Shown here: positions 51,009 through 61,033 of the stretch, in pieces
Position numbering within the stretch: position 1 is the stretch's first letter
Layout: the number at the start of each line of letters is the position of its first letter
NCBI GenBank assembly: GCA_963727515.1
Contig: CAVSGN010000008.1
Span: 20,146 to 84,145, forward strand
Origin: an uncultured Thermoleophilia bacterium
GTDB lineage: Bacteria > Actinomycetota > Thermoleophilia > Gaiellales > Gaiellaceae
Reading direction: 5' to 3'
DNA length: 64,000 nucleotides
The notes under the pieces: model-generated
What the model was told of the DNA's origin: nothing
The model's input: the letters and a program-made list of their open reading frames with translations, nothing else
Databases searched by the model: none
Made by a program: the position numbers and the translations under genes

Positions 51009-52421
51009 TCAGAATCCGGCGGCGAAGCCGTCCTTTCGCGGGTCGGATCCCCCGACGAGACCGGCCTCGGTCGTCATGATCGCCTGGCCACCACCGAAGC
51101 TCACGGTATCCTCGTCGCGCTCGACGGCGTAGCCCTCGTGCTCGAGCTCCTCTGCTCGATCCCACAGGCCCTCCTCGAGGAATACCGTTCCGTTCTCGAG
51201 TCGAAATCGCGGGTGATCCAGTGCCGCCTGGGGATCGAGGCCCTCGTCGACGAGCGCCGAGACGAGCTGCATGTGCGCCTGGGCCTGGATGAAACCGCCC
51301 ATGACGCCGAACGGGCCAAGGAGCTTGCCGTCTCGGAGCAACAGCCCTGGGATGATCGTGTGGTATGGACGCCGACGCGGCTCGACGCCGCCGGAGATCG
51401 AAAAGCATGATCCGCGGTTCTGGAGAACGATCCCGGTGTCGGGCGCGACGATTCCGGATCCGAAGTTCCCGAACAGGCTCTGGATGAAGGACACCGCCAG
51501 GCCGTCGCCGTCGACCGCGCAGAGGTAGACGGTGCCGCCACCGGGCTCGGCCGCGAAGGCAGGCGCCGCGGTGAGTCGCGCACTGATCGCCTCGCTCGTC
51601 AGGAGGTCGCTCACGTCCGCTCCGTCCCGTACCCGGGCATGCGCATCCTCGAGCGCGAGGCTCGTGCAACGGACCTGGTTGGGCAAGGTGGGCTCGAGGC
51701 GATCGAGCAGCGCGAGCGCCTCGAGCGCCGCGACCCCCTGGGTCGGCGGCGGCAACTCGACGACCTCGACGCCTCGATAACCCACCCGTAGCGGCTCCGT
51801 CCAGGCCGCCTCGTAGTCGGCGAGATCGCTCTCTTCGAGCCACGACGCGGAGCACATCGCCTCGGCGACGCGCCCGGTGTAGATCGCGGACGGGCCCTCG
51901 TCGGCCAGCAGCCGGAGCGTTCCGGCGAGGTCGGGCAGGCGCACGCGCTCGCCGGCCTTCGGGGCGGGGCTCAGCTCGGGAGGGACTGCCGCTGCAGCCC
52001 AGCTCGCAGTTCTCGTCGAGCTTCCGTCCCAGGCGCCTGCGGTGTTCGGCGAGACGGCATACCCGCGATCGGCCACGTCGATCGCGTCGGCCAGGCAGGC
52101 GTCGAGGCCGAGACGTCCGAAGCGCGAGCTCAGCAGGTCCCATCCTGCGACGGCGCCCGGGACGGTTACGGACTGCGGGCCACGGTCGGCGACCGGGGCC
52201 TCGGGGTCGGCGCCTGCGGGGGCGGGACCGGCAGCGTCGAGCCCGATCGCCTCGCCGTCGTGCCACACGATCGCGAAGGCGTCTCCGCCGAGACCGGTGG
52301 ACATCGGCTCGGTCACGCAGAGGGTGGCGGCGGCCGCCAGCACGGCGTCGACGGCGTTGCCTCCTCGCTCGAACGCACGCAGGCCGGCGTATGTCGCTCT
52401 CTGCTGGCTGGTAGCGATCAT
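51009..52421 (-). CDS. Gamma-glutamyltransferase-family Ntn hydrolase (YwrD/HpxW-like)
   Basis: GGNAVDA, EPMSTGLGGD, VTVPGAVAGW, autoprocessing Thr in GTVYLCAVDGDGLAVSFIQS, LQNRG, RPYHTIIP, MGGFIQAQ, GSDPRKDG. Confidence 0.9.
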   Translation of the reverse strand: MIATSQQRATYAGLRAFERGGNAVDAVLAAAATLCVTEPMSTGLGGDAFAIVWHDGEAIGLDAAGPAPAGADPEAPVADRGPQSVTVPGAVAGWDLLSSRFGRLGLDACLADAIDVADRGYAVSPNTAGAWDGSSTRTASWAAAAVPPELSPAPKAGERVRLPDLAGTLRLLADEGPSAIYTGRVAEAMCSASWLEESDLADYEAAWTEPLRVGYRGVEVVELPPPTQGVAALEALALLDRLEPTLPNQVRCTSLALEDAHARVRDGADVSDLLTSEAISARLTAAPAFAAEPGGGTVYLCAVDGDGLAVSFIQSLFGNFGSGIVAPDTGIVLQNRGSCFSISGGVEPRRRPYHTIIPGLLLRDGKLLGPFGVMGGFIQAQAHMQLVSALVDEGLDPQAALDHPRFRLENGTVFLEEGLWDRAEELEHEGYAVERDEDTVSFGGGQAIMTTEAGLVGGSDPRKDGFAAGF

Positions 52422-52478
52422 CGCCTCGAGCGCGACGGCCGGGCGACGTCCGAAGGAGTAACGAAACGCCACTGCCTG

Positions 52479-52637
52479 TCAGCCCGGGCCTCTCCGCCCG
52501 CGTCGACCAACGCGGTGCGCGATCGTTCCGATGAGTCGCGAAGCTTGCACCGTTCCCTTCGGACGTGTCCGTTGACAGGCCACCGAGCTGCCGTCCGCGC
52601 TCTCCGTGGCGCCGTGTTCGTACTCTCTACCGTACAA
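52479..52637 (-). CDS. Possible small protein (52 aa)
   Basis: Perfect SD AAGGAGGT 4 nt before a TTG, ORF ends before the GGT-like gene; no family recognised. Confidence 0.35.
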   Translation of the reverse strand: MYGREYEHGATESADGSSVACQRTRPKGTVQASRLIGTIAHRVGRRGRRGPG

Positions 52638-52705
52638 GGTGACCTCCTTCCGCGCCGGAGCTCCGGTGGGCCACGAATCGATCGGCGCGCGCATACGATC
52701 CGGGG

Positions 52706-53449
52706 ATGTTCGACCACGTCACGATTCGTGCCTCCGATCGCCACGCGTCCGAGGCGATCTACGGAACCGTCCTCGGAGAGCTCGATATCGTCTCGACGTC
52801 CGCCAACGCGGGGCTCGTCGAGTGGCAGGACTTCTCGCTTCTCCAGGCGTCGGACGAGCGCCCGGTCACCGAGCGCCTCCACGTCGGGTTTGCGGCACCG
52901 AGTCGCGCTCACGTCGATGCGTTCTGGCGTGCGGGCAGGGCGAGCGGGCTCCAGGATGCGGGCGCGCCCGGCGAGCGACCACAGTACAAGCCGGACTACT
53001 ACGGTGCCTTCCTTCTCGACCCGGACGGGAACAGCATCGAGGCCGTCCACCACAGCTCCGTCCGCACGGACGGCGGGATCGACCATCTCTGGCTGCGCAC
53101 CGACGACCTCGTGGCGTCGCGGGCGTTCTACGCGCTCGTTGCTCCTCTCGCAGGCCTCGGGATCCGCGATCTCGGTCCCGAGCACGTCCAGGTCCTCGGC
53201 ACGAGCGCGTCCTTCTCCGTCGTCCCCGGCCGACCGACCCGCGGGCTTCACCTGGCCTTCCCCGCGACCACGAACGCAGCCGTCGATGCGTTCCACGAGA
53301 GTCTCGTCGGCGCCGGCTTTCGTGAGGACGGCCCGCCGGGCGCGAGACCCGAGTATCACCCCGGCTACTACTGCGCCTTCGTGCTCGATCCCGAGGGCAA
53401 CAGCGTCGAGCTCGTCAACCACAACCGGGCGCTCGGCCATCCCTCCTAG
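52706..53449 (+). CDS. VOC/glyoxalase family protein with two tandem domains
   Basis: FDHV...HVGFAA..RA.VD.F...G.RPQY...YYGAFLLDPDGN.IEAV, then repeated (DHL...HLAFPA...YYCAFVLDPEGNSVELV). Confidence 0.9.
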   Translation: MFDHVTIRASDRHASEAIYGTVLGELDIVSTSANAGLVEWQDFSLLQASDERPVTERLHVGFAAPSRAHVDAFWRAGRASGLQDAGAPGERPQYKPDYYGAFLLDPDGNSIEAVHHSSVRTDGGIDHLWLRTDDLVASRAFYALVAPLAGLGIRDLGPEHVQVLGTSASFSVVPGRPTRGLHLAFPATTNAAVDAFHESLVGAGFREDGPPGARPEYHPGYYCAFVLDPEGNSVELVNHNRALGHPS

Positions 53450-53486
53450 AGCGGTTGGTCGTCTCTCGGCCGCGTAGGATCCATGC

Positions 53487-54917
53487 ATGGCCGAGTTGCG
53501 GGAAACGCTGCATCACGTTGCTGATCTGATCGCGGACTATCGCGAGATCCTCCCCGATCAGGACGTGGCGCCGTCTCTGGGACGGGCCGCCGTTCGTGAA
53601 GCACTGTCACGTGAGCTGCCGGAGGGCCCCTCGCCGGTCGACGCCGTCGTCGACGAGCTCGTTGCAGGAGCGAAGCCCGGGCTCATGGCCTCCGCCGGGC
53701 CACGGTACTTCGGGTTCGTGATCGGTGGTTCTACCGACGCCGCGCTGGCGGCGGATCTCCTGACTGTCGGCTGGGACCAGTGTGCGTACAACGAAGCGCT
53801 CTCGCCCGCGGCGCTTGCCTTCGAGGACGTTGCCGGCATGTGGCTCAAGGAGCTACTCGGGCTTCCCGCATCGGCGTCTGTGGGCTTCACAACGGGTGGG
53901 CAGGGAGCGAACACGGTGGGGTTGGCAGCGGGGCGCTGGAAGGTGCTCGATCAGGTCGGCTGGGACGTGGGCCGGGACGGTCTCTGCGGTGCCCCTCGCC
54001 TGAGGGTCGTGGCGAACGCCGAGCGTCATGCCACGATCGATCGGAGTCTCCGCCTGCTCGGGCTCGGCGAAGGCGCAATCGAAGAAATCCCCGCACTCGC
54101 GAGCGGCGCGATGGACACCGACGCACTGCGTCAGGCGTTGCGCTCGCAGCCGGACACGCCGACGATCGTCTGCGCGCAGGCCGGCAACGTGAACACCGGA
54201 GCCTGCGACGATCTGACCGCCGTGACGTCGGCCGTTGCCGGGACGGGAGCGTGGGTCCACGTCGACGGTGCGTTCGGGCTCTGGGCTGCGGCCAATCCCG
54301 CCACGAGGCACCTCGTCGCCGGAATCGAAGCGGCCGACTCGTGGGCGTGCGACGGGCACAAGTGGCTGAACGTCCCCTACGACTCGGGGTTCGTGTTCTG
54401 CGCGCATCCGGACGTCCATGTCATCGCGATGGAGTACACGGCCTCGTATCTCACGGGACAGGTCGCCGGCCGCACGTTCGGTGGTGGCGATTTCGTGCCG
54501 GAGTCGTCGCGACGCGCACGGGGATTCGCGGCGTGGGCGGCACTCCGCGCGCTCGGCCGTTCGGGAGTGGCCGACCTCGTCGAGAGGTCGTGTGCACTGG
54601 CCCGACTGGGGGCGACGCTCCTGGGTGATCTCGACGGCGTCGAGGTGGTCAATGAGGTGGTGCTGAACCAGATCCTCGTGCGCGTCGGAGACACCGAGCT
54701 CACGAATCGGGTCGAGCAGCTGGTTCAGGCGGATGGGACGTGCTGGCTCGGAGCGACGACCTGGCGCGGCGAGCGGCTGCTGCGGATCTCGGTGTCGAAC
54801 TGGTCGACGACGGAGCGGGACGTCGAGCTCACCGTCGGCGCCATCGCGCGGGCACGCGCCGAGGCGGTCGCCGCGACCTCGACCCCTGGCGCCCGAGGAA
54901 CCGGCGCCGTCAGCTGA
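53487..54917 (+). CDS. Group II PLP-dependent decarboxylase (aromatic amino acid decarboxylase family)
   Basis: PRYFGFVIGG, WDQ, HATIDRSL, AGNVNTGA.D, WVHVDGAFGLW, DSW..DGHKWLNVPYDSG, SRRARG. Confidence 0.9.
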   Translation: MAELRETLHHVADLIADYREILPDQDVAPSLGRAAVREALSRELPEGPSPVDAVVDELVAGAKPGLMASAGPRYFGFVIGGSTDAALAADLLTVGWDQCAYNEALSPAALAFEDVAGMWLKELLGLPASASVGFTTGGQGANTVGLAAGRWKVLDQVGWDVGRDGLCGAPRLRVVANAERHATIDRSLRLLGLGEGAIEEIPALASGAMDTDALRQALRSQPDTPTIVCAQAGNVNTGACDDLTAVTSAVAGTGAWVHVDGAFGLWAAANPATRHLVAGIEAADSWACDGHKWLNVPYDSGFVFCAHPDVHVIAMEYTASYLTGQVAGRTFGGGDFVPESSRRARGFAAWAALRALGRSGVADLVERSCALARLGATLLGDLDGVEVVNEVVLNQILVRVGDTELTNRVEQLVQADGTCWLGATTWRGERLLRISVSNWSTTERDVELTVGAIARARAEAVAATSTPGARGTGAVS

Positions 54918-55761
54918 ACGCCCACTGGTCCCAGTCGGCTACCGGCTCGTATCCGATCCTGGCGTAGATCGCGTTCGACGTGGGGTTCGCGAGATCGGTG
55001 AAGAGGAAGCAGAACCCGAGACCGGTTGCGAGTCGCTCGGCGGTCAAATCGGCGACGAGGGAGGTCGCATAGCCACGGCCGCGGTGCTCGGGTGGGGTGT
55101 AGACGGGGCCGACCCTGGTGCCGTTCGCGGTCGGATTCCCGAAGGCCGCGAGCGACACCGGCCCGTTGTCGTCCCAGAGGAGCCATACGCCGTGGGGATC
55201 GGCCTCGCGGCGCCGGTACATGGCCGCGGTGTATTCTCGATGTGGCGTTCCGCCGAGGGCTTCCTCGGAGAACCGGTCGAGCCAGTCGAGAACGGTCGTG
55301 AGGTCATCGCTCCCGGCCCTGCGCATCCTGCCGGAGGCGCGGGGAAGCTCGCGCACGACCGATGCGGCATGGACACGCTGCCTGATCGCAACGCGCGCCC
55401 GGGCGCCGGTCAGTTCCACCCAGGCGGACGCAAATCGCGCGACGACCTCGGCGGGGCCGACCGCTCCAGGGAGGCCGGGGTGCATGTCGAGAACGGCCTC
55501 CGCGACGGTGTCGACGGCCTCGAGCGAGTCGAAGCGGCTGAGGACGACGCCGTGGGGCGGTGTCCGAAGGAGACAGCCGACGATGTTGCCCGCATCCTCG
55601 ACGACGACGAACGTCGGGTCGAAGCCGTAGAGCTGTGGTTCGTCGAGCAGGCGACCGAGCAGGCCGAGAGGCAGGTTGTGCTCGGGCTCGTGCGCGGTGA
55701 GGAACGAACCGGTCCGATCGAGAAACGCGGCTGCGGTGTCGATCCGGCGTGGCTGCGGCAT
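54910..55761 (-). CDS. GNAT family N-acetyltransferase (FR47-like C-terminus)
   Basis: RVGPVYTPPEHRGRGYA, LFTDLANPTSNAIY.RIGY. Confidence 0.9.
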   Translation of the reverse strand: MPQPRRIDTAAAFLDRTGSFLTAHEPEHNLPLGLLGRLLDEPQLYGFDPTFVVVEDAGNIVGCLLRTPPHGVVLSRFDSLEAVDTVAEAVLDMHPGLPGAVGPAEVVARFASAWVELTGARARVAIRQRVHAASVVRELPRASGRMRRAGSDDLTTVLDWLDRFSEEALGGTPHREYTAAMYRRREADPHGVWLLWDDNGPVSLAAFGNPTANGTRVGPVYTPPEHRGRGYATSLVADLTAERLATGLGFCFLFTDLANPTSNAIYARIGYEPVADWDQWAFS

Positions 55762-55788
55762 CGCTGTCGAGCTTCGAGCCGCGCGCGG

Positions 55789-57303
55789 TCAGCCGGCTTC
55801 GTCGACGACCAGCCGGTCGTACGCGGGCAGCGTGAGGAACTCGACGTAGTCGGGCCGTGTCGCGATGCTCTCGAAGATCGTCCGCGCCTCGTCGTAACCG
55901 GGGCCGAGCGCCGCCATCTCCTCGTTCGTGATCCGGAGGACGTCGTCCGCCGCAAAGCGGTCGTGGTGGAGCCACTGCCAGATCTGGGAGCGGCTGATCT
56001 CTGCGGTCGCGGCGTCCTCCATGAGATTGTTGATCGCGACGGCGCCCGAGCCGTCGAGCCAGGCGGCGAGATACTGGATCCCGACCGAGACATTGTTGCG
56101 CAGGCCGTCCTCGGACGCCTCGCCGGGAGTTGCCGCGATGTTCAGGAGGTCGGCCGCGGTGACGGAGACGTCGTCGCGCTGCCGGTCTATCTGGTTCGGG
56201 CGGTCACCGAGCACCGCGTCGAAGGCCTCGTAGGCTGTGGGCACGAGGTCGGGGTGGGCGACCCAGGTGCCGTCGAACCCCTGTGATGCCTCGCGCTCCT
56301 TGTCCTCGCGCACCTTGGCGAGCGCGACGGCGTTCACCTCGGCGTCGCGACGCGAGGGAATGAACGCCGCCATGCCTCCCATCGCGAACGCGCCGCGGTG
56401 GTGACACGTCTTGACGAGAAGCTCGCAGTAGCTCCGCATGAACGGCACCGCCATCGTCACCGCGCCGCGGTCCGGCAGGACCATCTCCGGCCGGTGCCCG
56501 AGCTTCTTGATCACGCTGAAGATGTAGTCCCAGCGGCCGGCGTTGAGCCCGGCGGAGTGCTCGCGGAGCTCGTGGAGGATCTCGTCCATCTCGAACGCCG
56601 CGAGGATCGTCTCGATCAGGACCGTCGCCTTGATCGTCCCCTGTGCGACGCCGAGCCGCTCCTGCGACCAGGTGAAGACGTCGTTCCAGAGCCGTGCCTC
56701 GAGATGCGACTCGAGCTTCGGGAGGTAGAAGTAGCGCCCGTTGCGGCCGTGGTTGCGGAAGAAGTAGAGACCGAAGTCGAACAGCGACCCGGACATCGGA
56801 GCGCCGTCGACCTCGAAGTGCCTCTCGTCGAGATGCCAGCCGCGCGGGCGCACGAACAGCACCGCCGGATTCTCACCGAGTGCGTACTGCTTCTCGCCCG
56901 TGTCGAGCGAGATCGTCCGCTCGAGGGCATCCGTGAGGTTGCGCTGGCCGTCGATGCAGTTGAACCACGTCGGCGAGTTCGAGTCCTCGAAGTCGGCCAT
57001 GAAGACGCGGGCGCCGGAGTTCAGCGCGTTGATCACCATCTTGCGGTCGACCGGGCCGGTGATCTCGACTCGCCGGTCGGCGATCTCGTCCGGGGTGGGC
57101 GCGACGCGCCAGTCACCAGCGCGAACGCTTGCCGTTTCCGGCAGGAAATCCGGGAGCTCCCCCGCGTGGAGGCGCTCGAGCCGTTCGGCTCTCCGAGCGA
57201 GCAGCTCGGCCCGGCGGTCGCCGAACTCCCGCTGCAGGTCGACGAGAAAGGCCTGCGCCTCCTCGGTGAGAACGTCGGTGGCGTCGGTCATCGTCTCGAT
57301 CAT
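55789..57303 (-). CDS. aceB: Malate synthase A
   Basis: [77 protein letters not shown]; SD GGAGG. Confidence 0.95.
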   Translation of the reverse strand: MIETMTDATDVLTEEAQAFLVDLQREFGDRRAELLARRAERLERLHAGELPDFLPETASVRAGDWRVAPTPDEIADRRVEITGPVDRKMVINALNSGARVFMADFEDSNSPTWFNCIDGQRNLTDALERTISLDTGEKQYALGENPAVLFVRPRGWHLDERHFEVDGAPMSGSLFDFGLYFFRNHGRNGRYFYLPKLESHLEARLWNDVFTWSQERLGVAQGTIKATVLIETILAAFEMDEILHELREHSAGLNAGRWDYIFSVIKKLGHRPEMVLPDRGAVTMAVPFMRSYCELLVKTCHHRGAFAMGGMAAFIPSRRDAEVNAVALAKVREDKEREASQGFDGTWVAHPDLVPTAYEAFDAVLGDRPNQIDRQRDDVSVTAADLLNIAATPGEASEDGLRNNVSVGIQYLAAWLDGSGAVAINNLMEDAATAEISRSQIWQWLHHDRFAADDVLRITNEEMAALGPGYDEARTIFESIATRPDYVEFLTLPAYDRLVVDEAG

Positions 57304-59600
57304 CTCAGTTCCTCCGTTAGCGTTGCATCGAGTGCCACAGCGAGCCGGTCGGCATGCTGCTCCGCGAACACGAGCGGTGGCCGGATCTTGATCACGTTTC
57401 CGAGCGGGCCGGTCGCGCCGACGAGGATGCCACGACGGCGAAGACCGTTCGCGACCGCCGTGCCGATGTCCGACCGTCCGGTCGAGTCGCGGTCGAGCTC
57501 GACGCCCACGAAGAGCCCCGGGCCGCGCACGTCCCTGATCGCGGCCTGCCCGGCAGCGATCTCGGAGAGCCGCCCTCGGAGGTAGGAGCCCACCCGCTCG
57601 GCCCGCTCGGCGAGTTGTTCGCGCTCGATCACGTCGAGCACGGCCGTCCCGACCGCTGCAGCGACCGGTGACCCTGCGAACGTCGAGAAGAAATGCCAGC
57701 CGGCGGCGAACTCGGCAGCGATCGTGGGCGTCGTGACGACGGCGCCCATCGGGTGTCCGTTACCCATCGGCTTCCCGAGGGTGACGATGTCGGGCACGAC
57801 CCCGTCCTGCCTGAAGCCCCAGAACGGCGTCCCGACCCTGCCGAAGCCGGCCTGAACCTCGTCGGCGAGGCAGAGGGCGCCGACGGCCCGGGCTCGACCG
57901 TACGCGGCGCGCAGGTAGCCGGGAGGGACGGCGAAGATGCCGTCGCTCGAGAAGACGTCGTCGCAGACGAGCAGCGCCGGGTCGTGCCCTCGCCCGCGCA
58001 GGCGCGCAAAGGCCTCGTCGACCTCGTCGGACACCCGCGCGGCTGCATTCGGCGCTCCGAGCGTCGCCGCTCCGCCGATTCGCGCCACCCACGGCTCGAG
58101 CGCGTCGGGCCCGAGCTCTTCCGGTGACAGGGCCGCCGTCGCGGCGGTCGTCCCGTGGTAGGCATGCTCGGTGATCACGACCCCGCGGTTCCCGGTCACG
58201 GCCCGCGCGATCTGGATCGCGACGTCGTTCGCCTCGCTGCCGGAGTTGACGAACATCACGACCGAGAGCTCGTCCGGCAACAACGCCACGAGCCGATCGG
58301 CGTAGGCGGCGACCTCGTCCACGAGGTAGCGCGTGTTCGTGGTGAGTCGCCTCGCCTGACCCGAGAGAGCGGCCGTCACGCGGGGATGTGCGTGCCCCAC
58401 CTGTGGCACGTTGTTGTACGCGTCGAGCAGCTCGTTCCCGTCGGCGTCCGTCAGCCAGACGCCGCTGCCCGAGACGAGGCGAACCGGCTCGTCATAGGTG
58501 AGATCGAGCGCCGGCCCGAGCCGCTCCCGGCGCCGCGCGAGGCTCTCCTGGAGCGACGAGCCCGCGCGACGGGGAATGCCGCACGCCTCCTCGAGCGCCG
58601 CAGCGAGCGTCGCGGGGCCGCGGTCGTCGATGCGCCCGAGGGTCTCGAAGCAGTCCTCCTGGTCGGCCAGGATGTAGGCGACGTTGTCGGGGTGGAGCTC
58701 GGCCCGCCAGGCGGAGATCAGCACCGACTGCGCCATGCGCGCGCCCGCGAGCTCGGGCAACAATGCCACCTCGCCCCGCGTGAGCGGTCGGACCGCGTGA
58801 TATGCCGTCGCGACCTCGACGAATGGATCGAGCGGGTCGTCGGCGCCGAATGCCTGGTAGGCGGCGGTGATCGCGGGATCGATGACCGTCGGCGCATGCA
58901 CGAGGTCGCCGAAGTCGACGATCCCGGCCAGGCGCTCGGGGTCGCTCCGGTCGACGAGCACGTTTCCCGGGTTGACGTCCCCGTGGATCGCCGATGACGG
59001 CACGAGCTCGAGCGCCGGTGCGATGACGGTGTCGAACCGGTCGAGCCAGCGCTCGACGAGCGACCGGCGGCCCGCGTCGGAGATCATCTCGAGCTTCGGG
59101 CGCAGCTCGGCCAGCAGGGTGACGTCCCAGAGAATGGGCCGCCCCGCCAGCGGGTGCGTGAAGCCTGCGAGCGCCTGGTCGAGGCGTGCGACGGCCGCAC
59201 CCACGGCGCGTCGCGTCGTGGGCGAGACGGGGCCGGACGGAAACGGGCTTCCGTCGATCAGGTCGACGAGCTGCACGGCATGGCCGACGCCCTCGATCGT
59301 GACCGAGCCGGTCGGCCGGCGGCCGACCGTCCGCCGCGGTTGCGGGATCGGCAGGCTCGTGTCCGCCCTGAGGGCGTGCTCCATGGCGAGCACCTGCATC
59401 TCGACGACGTCTGCAGGATCGGCCGGGTTGCCGACCTTGAGGACGTACGATCCCGCCGTCCCGTCGATCCGGAAGTTGCGGTCACGCTCGCCGTCGAGCG
59501 GCGTCGCGTCACCGTCGACATCGAAGACGGTGCGAGCGATCTCGGCGGCGAGCTCAGGGGGGACGTCCGGCGGCCGCGCTTCGAGGACGTCGTCGCTCAC
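57300..59600 (-). CDS. Fusion: APH/choline-kinase-like phosphotransferase + class III PLP aminotransferase/phospho-lyase
   Basis: N-half [29 protein letters not shown]; C-half [56 protein letters not shown]. Confidence 0.9.
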   Translation of the reverse strand: MSDDVLEARPPDVPPELAAEIARTVFDVDGDATPLDGERDRNFRIDGTAGSYVLKVGNPADPADVVEMQVLAMEHALRADTSLPIPQPRRTVGRRPTGSVTIEGVGHAVQLVDLIDGSPFPSGPVSPTTRRAVGAAVARLDQALAGFTHPLAGRPILWDVTLLAELRPKLEMISDAGRRSLVERWLDRFDTVIAPALELVPSSAIHGDVNPGNVLVDRSDPERLAGIVDFGDLVHAPTVIDPAITAAYQAFGADDPLDPFVEVATAYHAVRPLTRGEVALLPELAGARMAQSVLISAWRAELHPDNVAYILADQEDCFETLGRIDDRGPATLAAALEEACGIPRRAGSSLQESLARRRERLGPALDLTYDEPVRLVSGSGVWLTDADGNELLDAYNNVPQVGHAHPRVTAALSGQARRLTTNTRYLVDEVAAYADRLVALLPDELSVVMFVNSGSEANDVAIQIARAVTGNRGVVITEHAYHGTTAATAALSPEELGPDALEPWVARIGGAATLGAPNAAARVSDEVDEAFARLRGRGHDPALLVCDDVFSSDGIFAVPPGYLRAAYGRARAVGALCLADEVQAGFGRVGTPFWGFRQDGVVPDIVTLGKPMGNGHPMGAVVTTPTIAAEFAAGWHFFSTFAGSPVAAAVGTAVLDVIEREQLAERAERVGSYLRGRLSEIAAGQAAIRDVRGPGLFVGVELDRDSTGRSDIGTAVANGLRRRGILVGATGPLGNVIKIRPPLVFAEQHADRLAVALDATLTEELR

Positions 59601-59647
59601 GGCGCCCCACGATAACGGTTCCCCACCCGCCCGAGCGACGGCGGTGG

Positions 59648-60910
59648 CTATGCCGCGCTCATCTCCGGCGTGAGGGGGTCGCCTTCGAACTGCTTCTCCT
59701 CGGTCGAGCCGCTGAGGGCCAGGGTCGATGCCGTCCCGCCGGAGATCGTTTGCAGGATCTCGTCGAAGTAGCCGGCGCCGACCTCGCGCTGGTGACGCGT
59801 TGCCGTGTAGCCCTCGCTCTCGAGCTCGAACTCGCGTTCCTGGAGCCGCACGTAGGCCGGCATCGCCTCGTTGCCGTAGCCGCGCGCGAGCTCGAACATG
59901 GAGAGGTTGGCGGCGTGGAAGCCTGCCAGCGTGATGAACTGGAAGCGGTAGCCGAGCTTCGCGAGGTCGCGCTGGAACGCCGCGATCTGCGCGTCGCTCA
60001 GGTGCTTGCGCCAGTTGAACGACGGTGAGCAGTTGTACGCGAGCAGCTGGTCGGGGAACTTCTCGTGGATCGCCGCGGCGAACTGCTCGGCCTCGGCCAT
60101 GTCGGGCGTTGCGGTCTCGCACCAGATAAGGTCGGAGTAGGGCGCGTATGCGAGGCCGCGGGCGATCGCAGCCTCGATGCCGTCCCGTACGCGGAAGAAG
60201 CCCTCCGTGGTGCGCTCGCCCGTGCAGAACTCCCGGTCGATCTCGTCGATGTCACTCGTCAGGAGCGTGGCCGAGAGCGCATCGGTGCGGGCGACGACGA
60301 GCGTCGGCACGTCGGCGACGTCGGCGGCGAGCCGGGCTGCGACGAGCGTTCGGATGTGCTGCGCGGTCGGCACGAGCACCTTGCCGCCGAGGTGGCCGCA
60401 CTTCTTCTCCGAGGAGAGCTGGTCCTCGAAATGCACGGCAGCGGCGCCGGCCTCGATGAACGACTTCATCATCTCGTAGGCGTTCAGCGGACCGCCGAAA
60501 CCGGCCTCTGCGTCGGCGACGATCGGTGCGAGCCAGTGGGTCGAATCGTCTCCCTCGGCGTGCGTGATCTGGTCCGCGCGCAGAAGGGCGCTGTTGATCC
60601 GCTTCACGAGGGCCGGGGCGCTGTTTGCCGGATAGAGGCTCTGGTCAGGGTAGGTGTTCCCGGAGAGGTTTGCATCTGCTGCGACCTGCCAGCCGGAGAG
60701 GTAGATCGCCTTCAGTCCGGCCTTCACCATCTGGACTGCCTGGCCGCCGGTCATCGCCCCGAGGGCGGGAACCCACTCCTCCTCTGCGAGGAGCGTGCGC
60801 AAGCGTGTCGCGCCGAGGCGGGCCAGGGTGTGCTCAATCGTGACGGAGCCGCGGAGACGCTCGACGTCCTCCTGGCTGTAGGGGCGCTCGATCGTGTCGG
60901 TCGGGCTCAT
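59648..60910 (-). CDS. aceA: Isocitrate lyase
   Basis: [67 protein letters not shown]. Confidence 0.97.
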   Translation of the reverse strand: MSPTDTIERPYSQEDVERLRGSVTIEHTLARLGATRLRTLLAEEEWVPALGAMTGGQAVQMVKAGLKAIYLSGWQVAADANLSGNTYPDQSLYPANSAPALVKRINSALLRADQITHAEGDDSTHWLAPIVADAEAGFGGPLNAYEMMKSFIEAGAAAVHFEDQLSSEKKCGHLGGKVLVPTAQHIRTLVAARLAADVADVPTLVVARTDALSATLLTSDIDEIDREFCTGERTTEGFFRVRDGIEAAIARGLAYAPYSDLIWCETATPDMAEAEQFAAAIHEKFPDQLLAYNCSPSFNWRKHLSDAQIAAFQRDLAKLGYRFQFITLAGFHAANLSMFELARGYGNEAMPAYVRLQEREFELESEGYTATRHQREVGAGYFDEILQTISGGTASTLALSGSTEEKQFEGDPLTPEMSAA

Positions 60911-60924
60911 GTTCTGCTCTCCTC

Positions 60925-61008
60925 TGGATCCAAAGTGACGATTCTTGGATCCATTATAGCCGGAAGTAGCCGGGTTTGTCGCCTAAACCGTCTATTTCGG
61001 ATCCGAAA
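60925..61008. promoter_or_regulatory. Three GGATCC-centred palindromes in the aceA/gntR divergent promoter (candidate operator array)
   Basis: TGGATCCA at 60925-60932 and 60946-60953 (21-bp spacing) and perfect 14-bp TTTCGGATCCGAAA at 60995-61008. Confidence 0.6.
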
Positions 61009-61033
61009 ACACGACATCTTGTACACTCCCGTC

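Noticed and set aside
57300-60122. 940-aa version of the kinase/aminotransferase ORF
   Set aside because: The 5' extension overlaps aceA in another frame; the credible start is GTG 59600.
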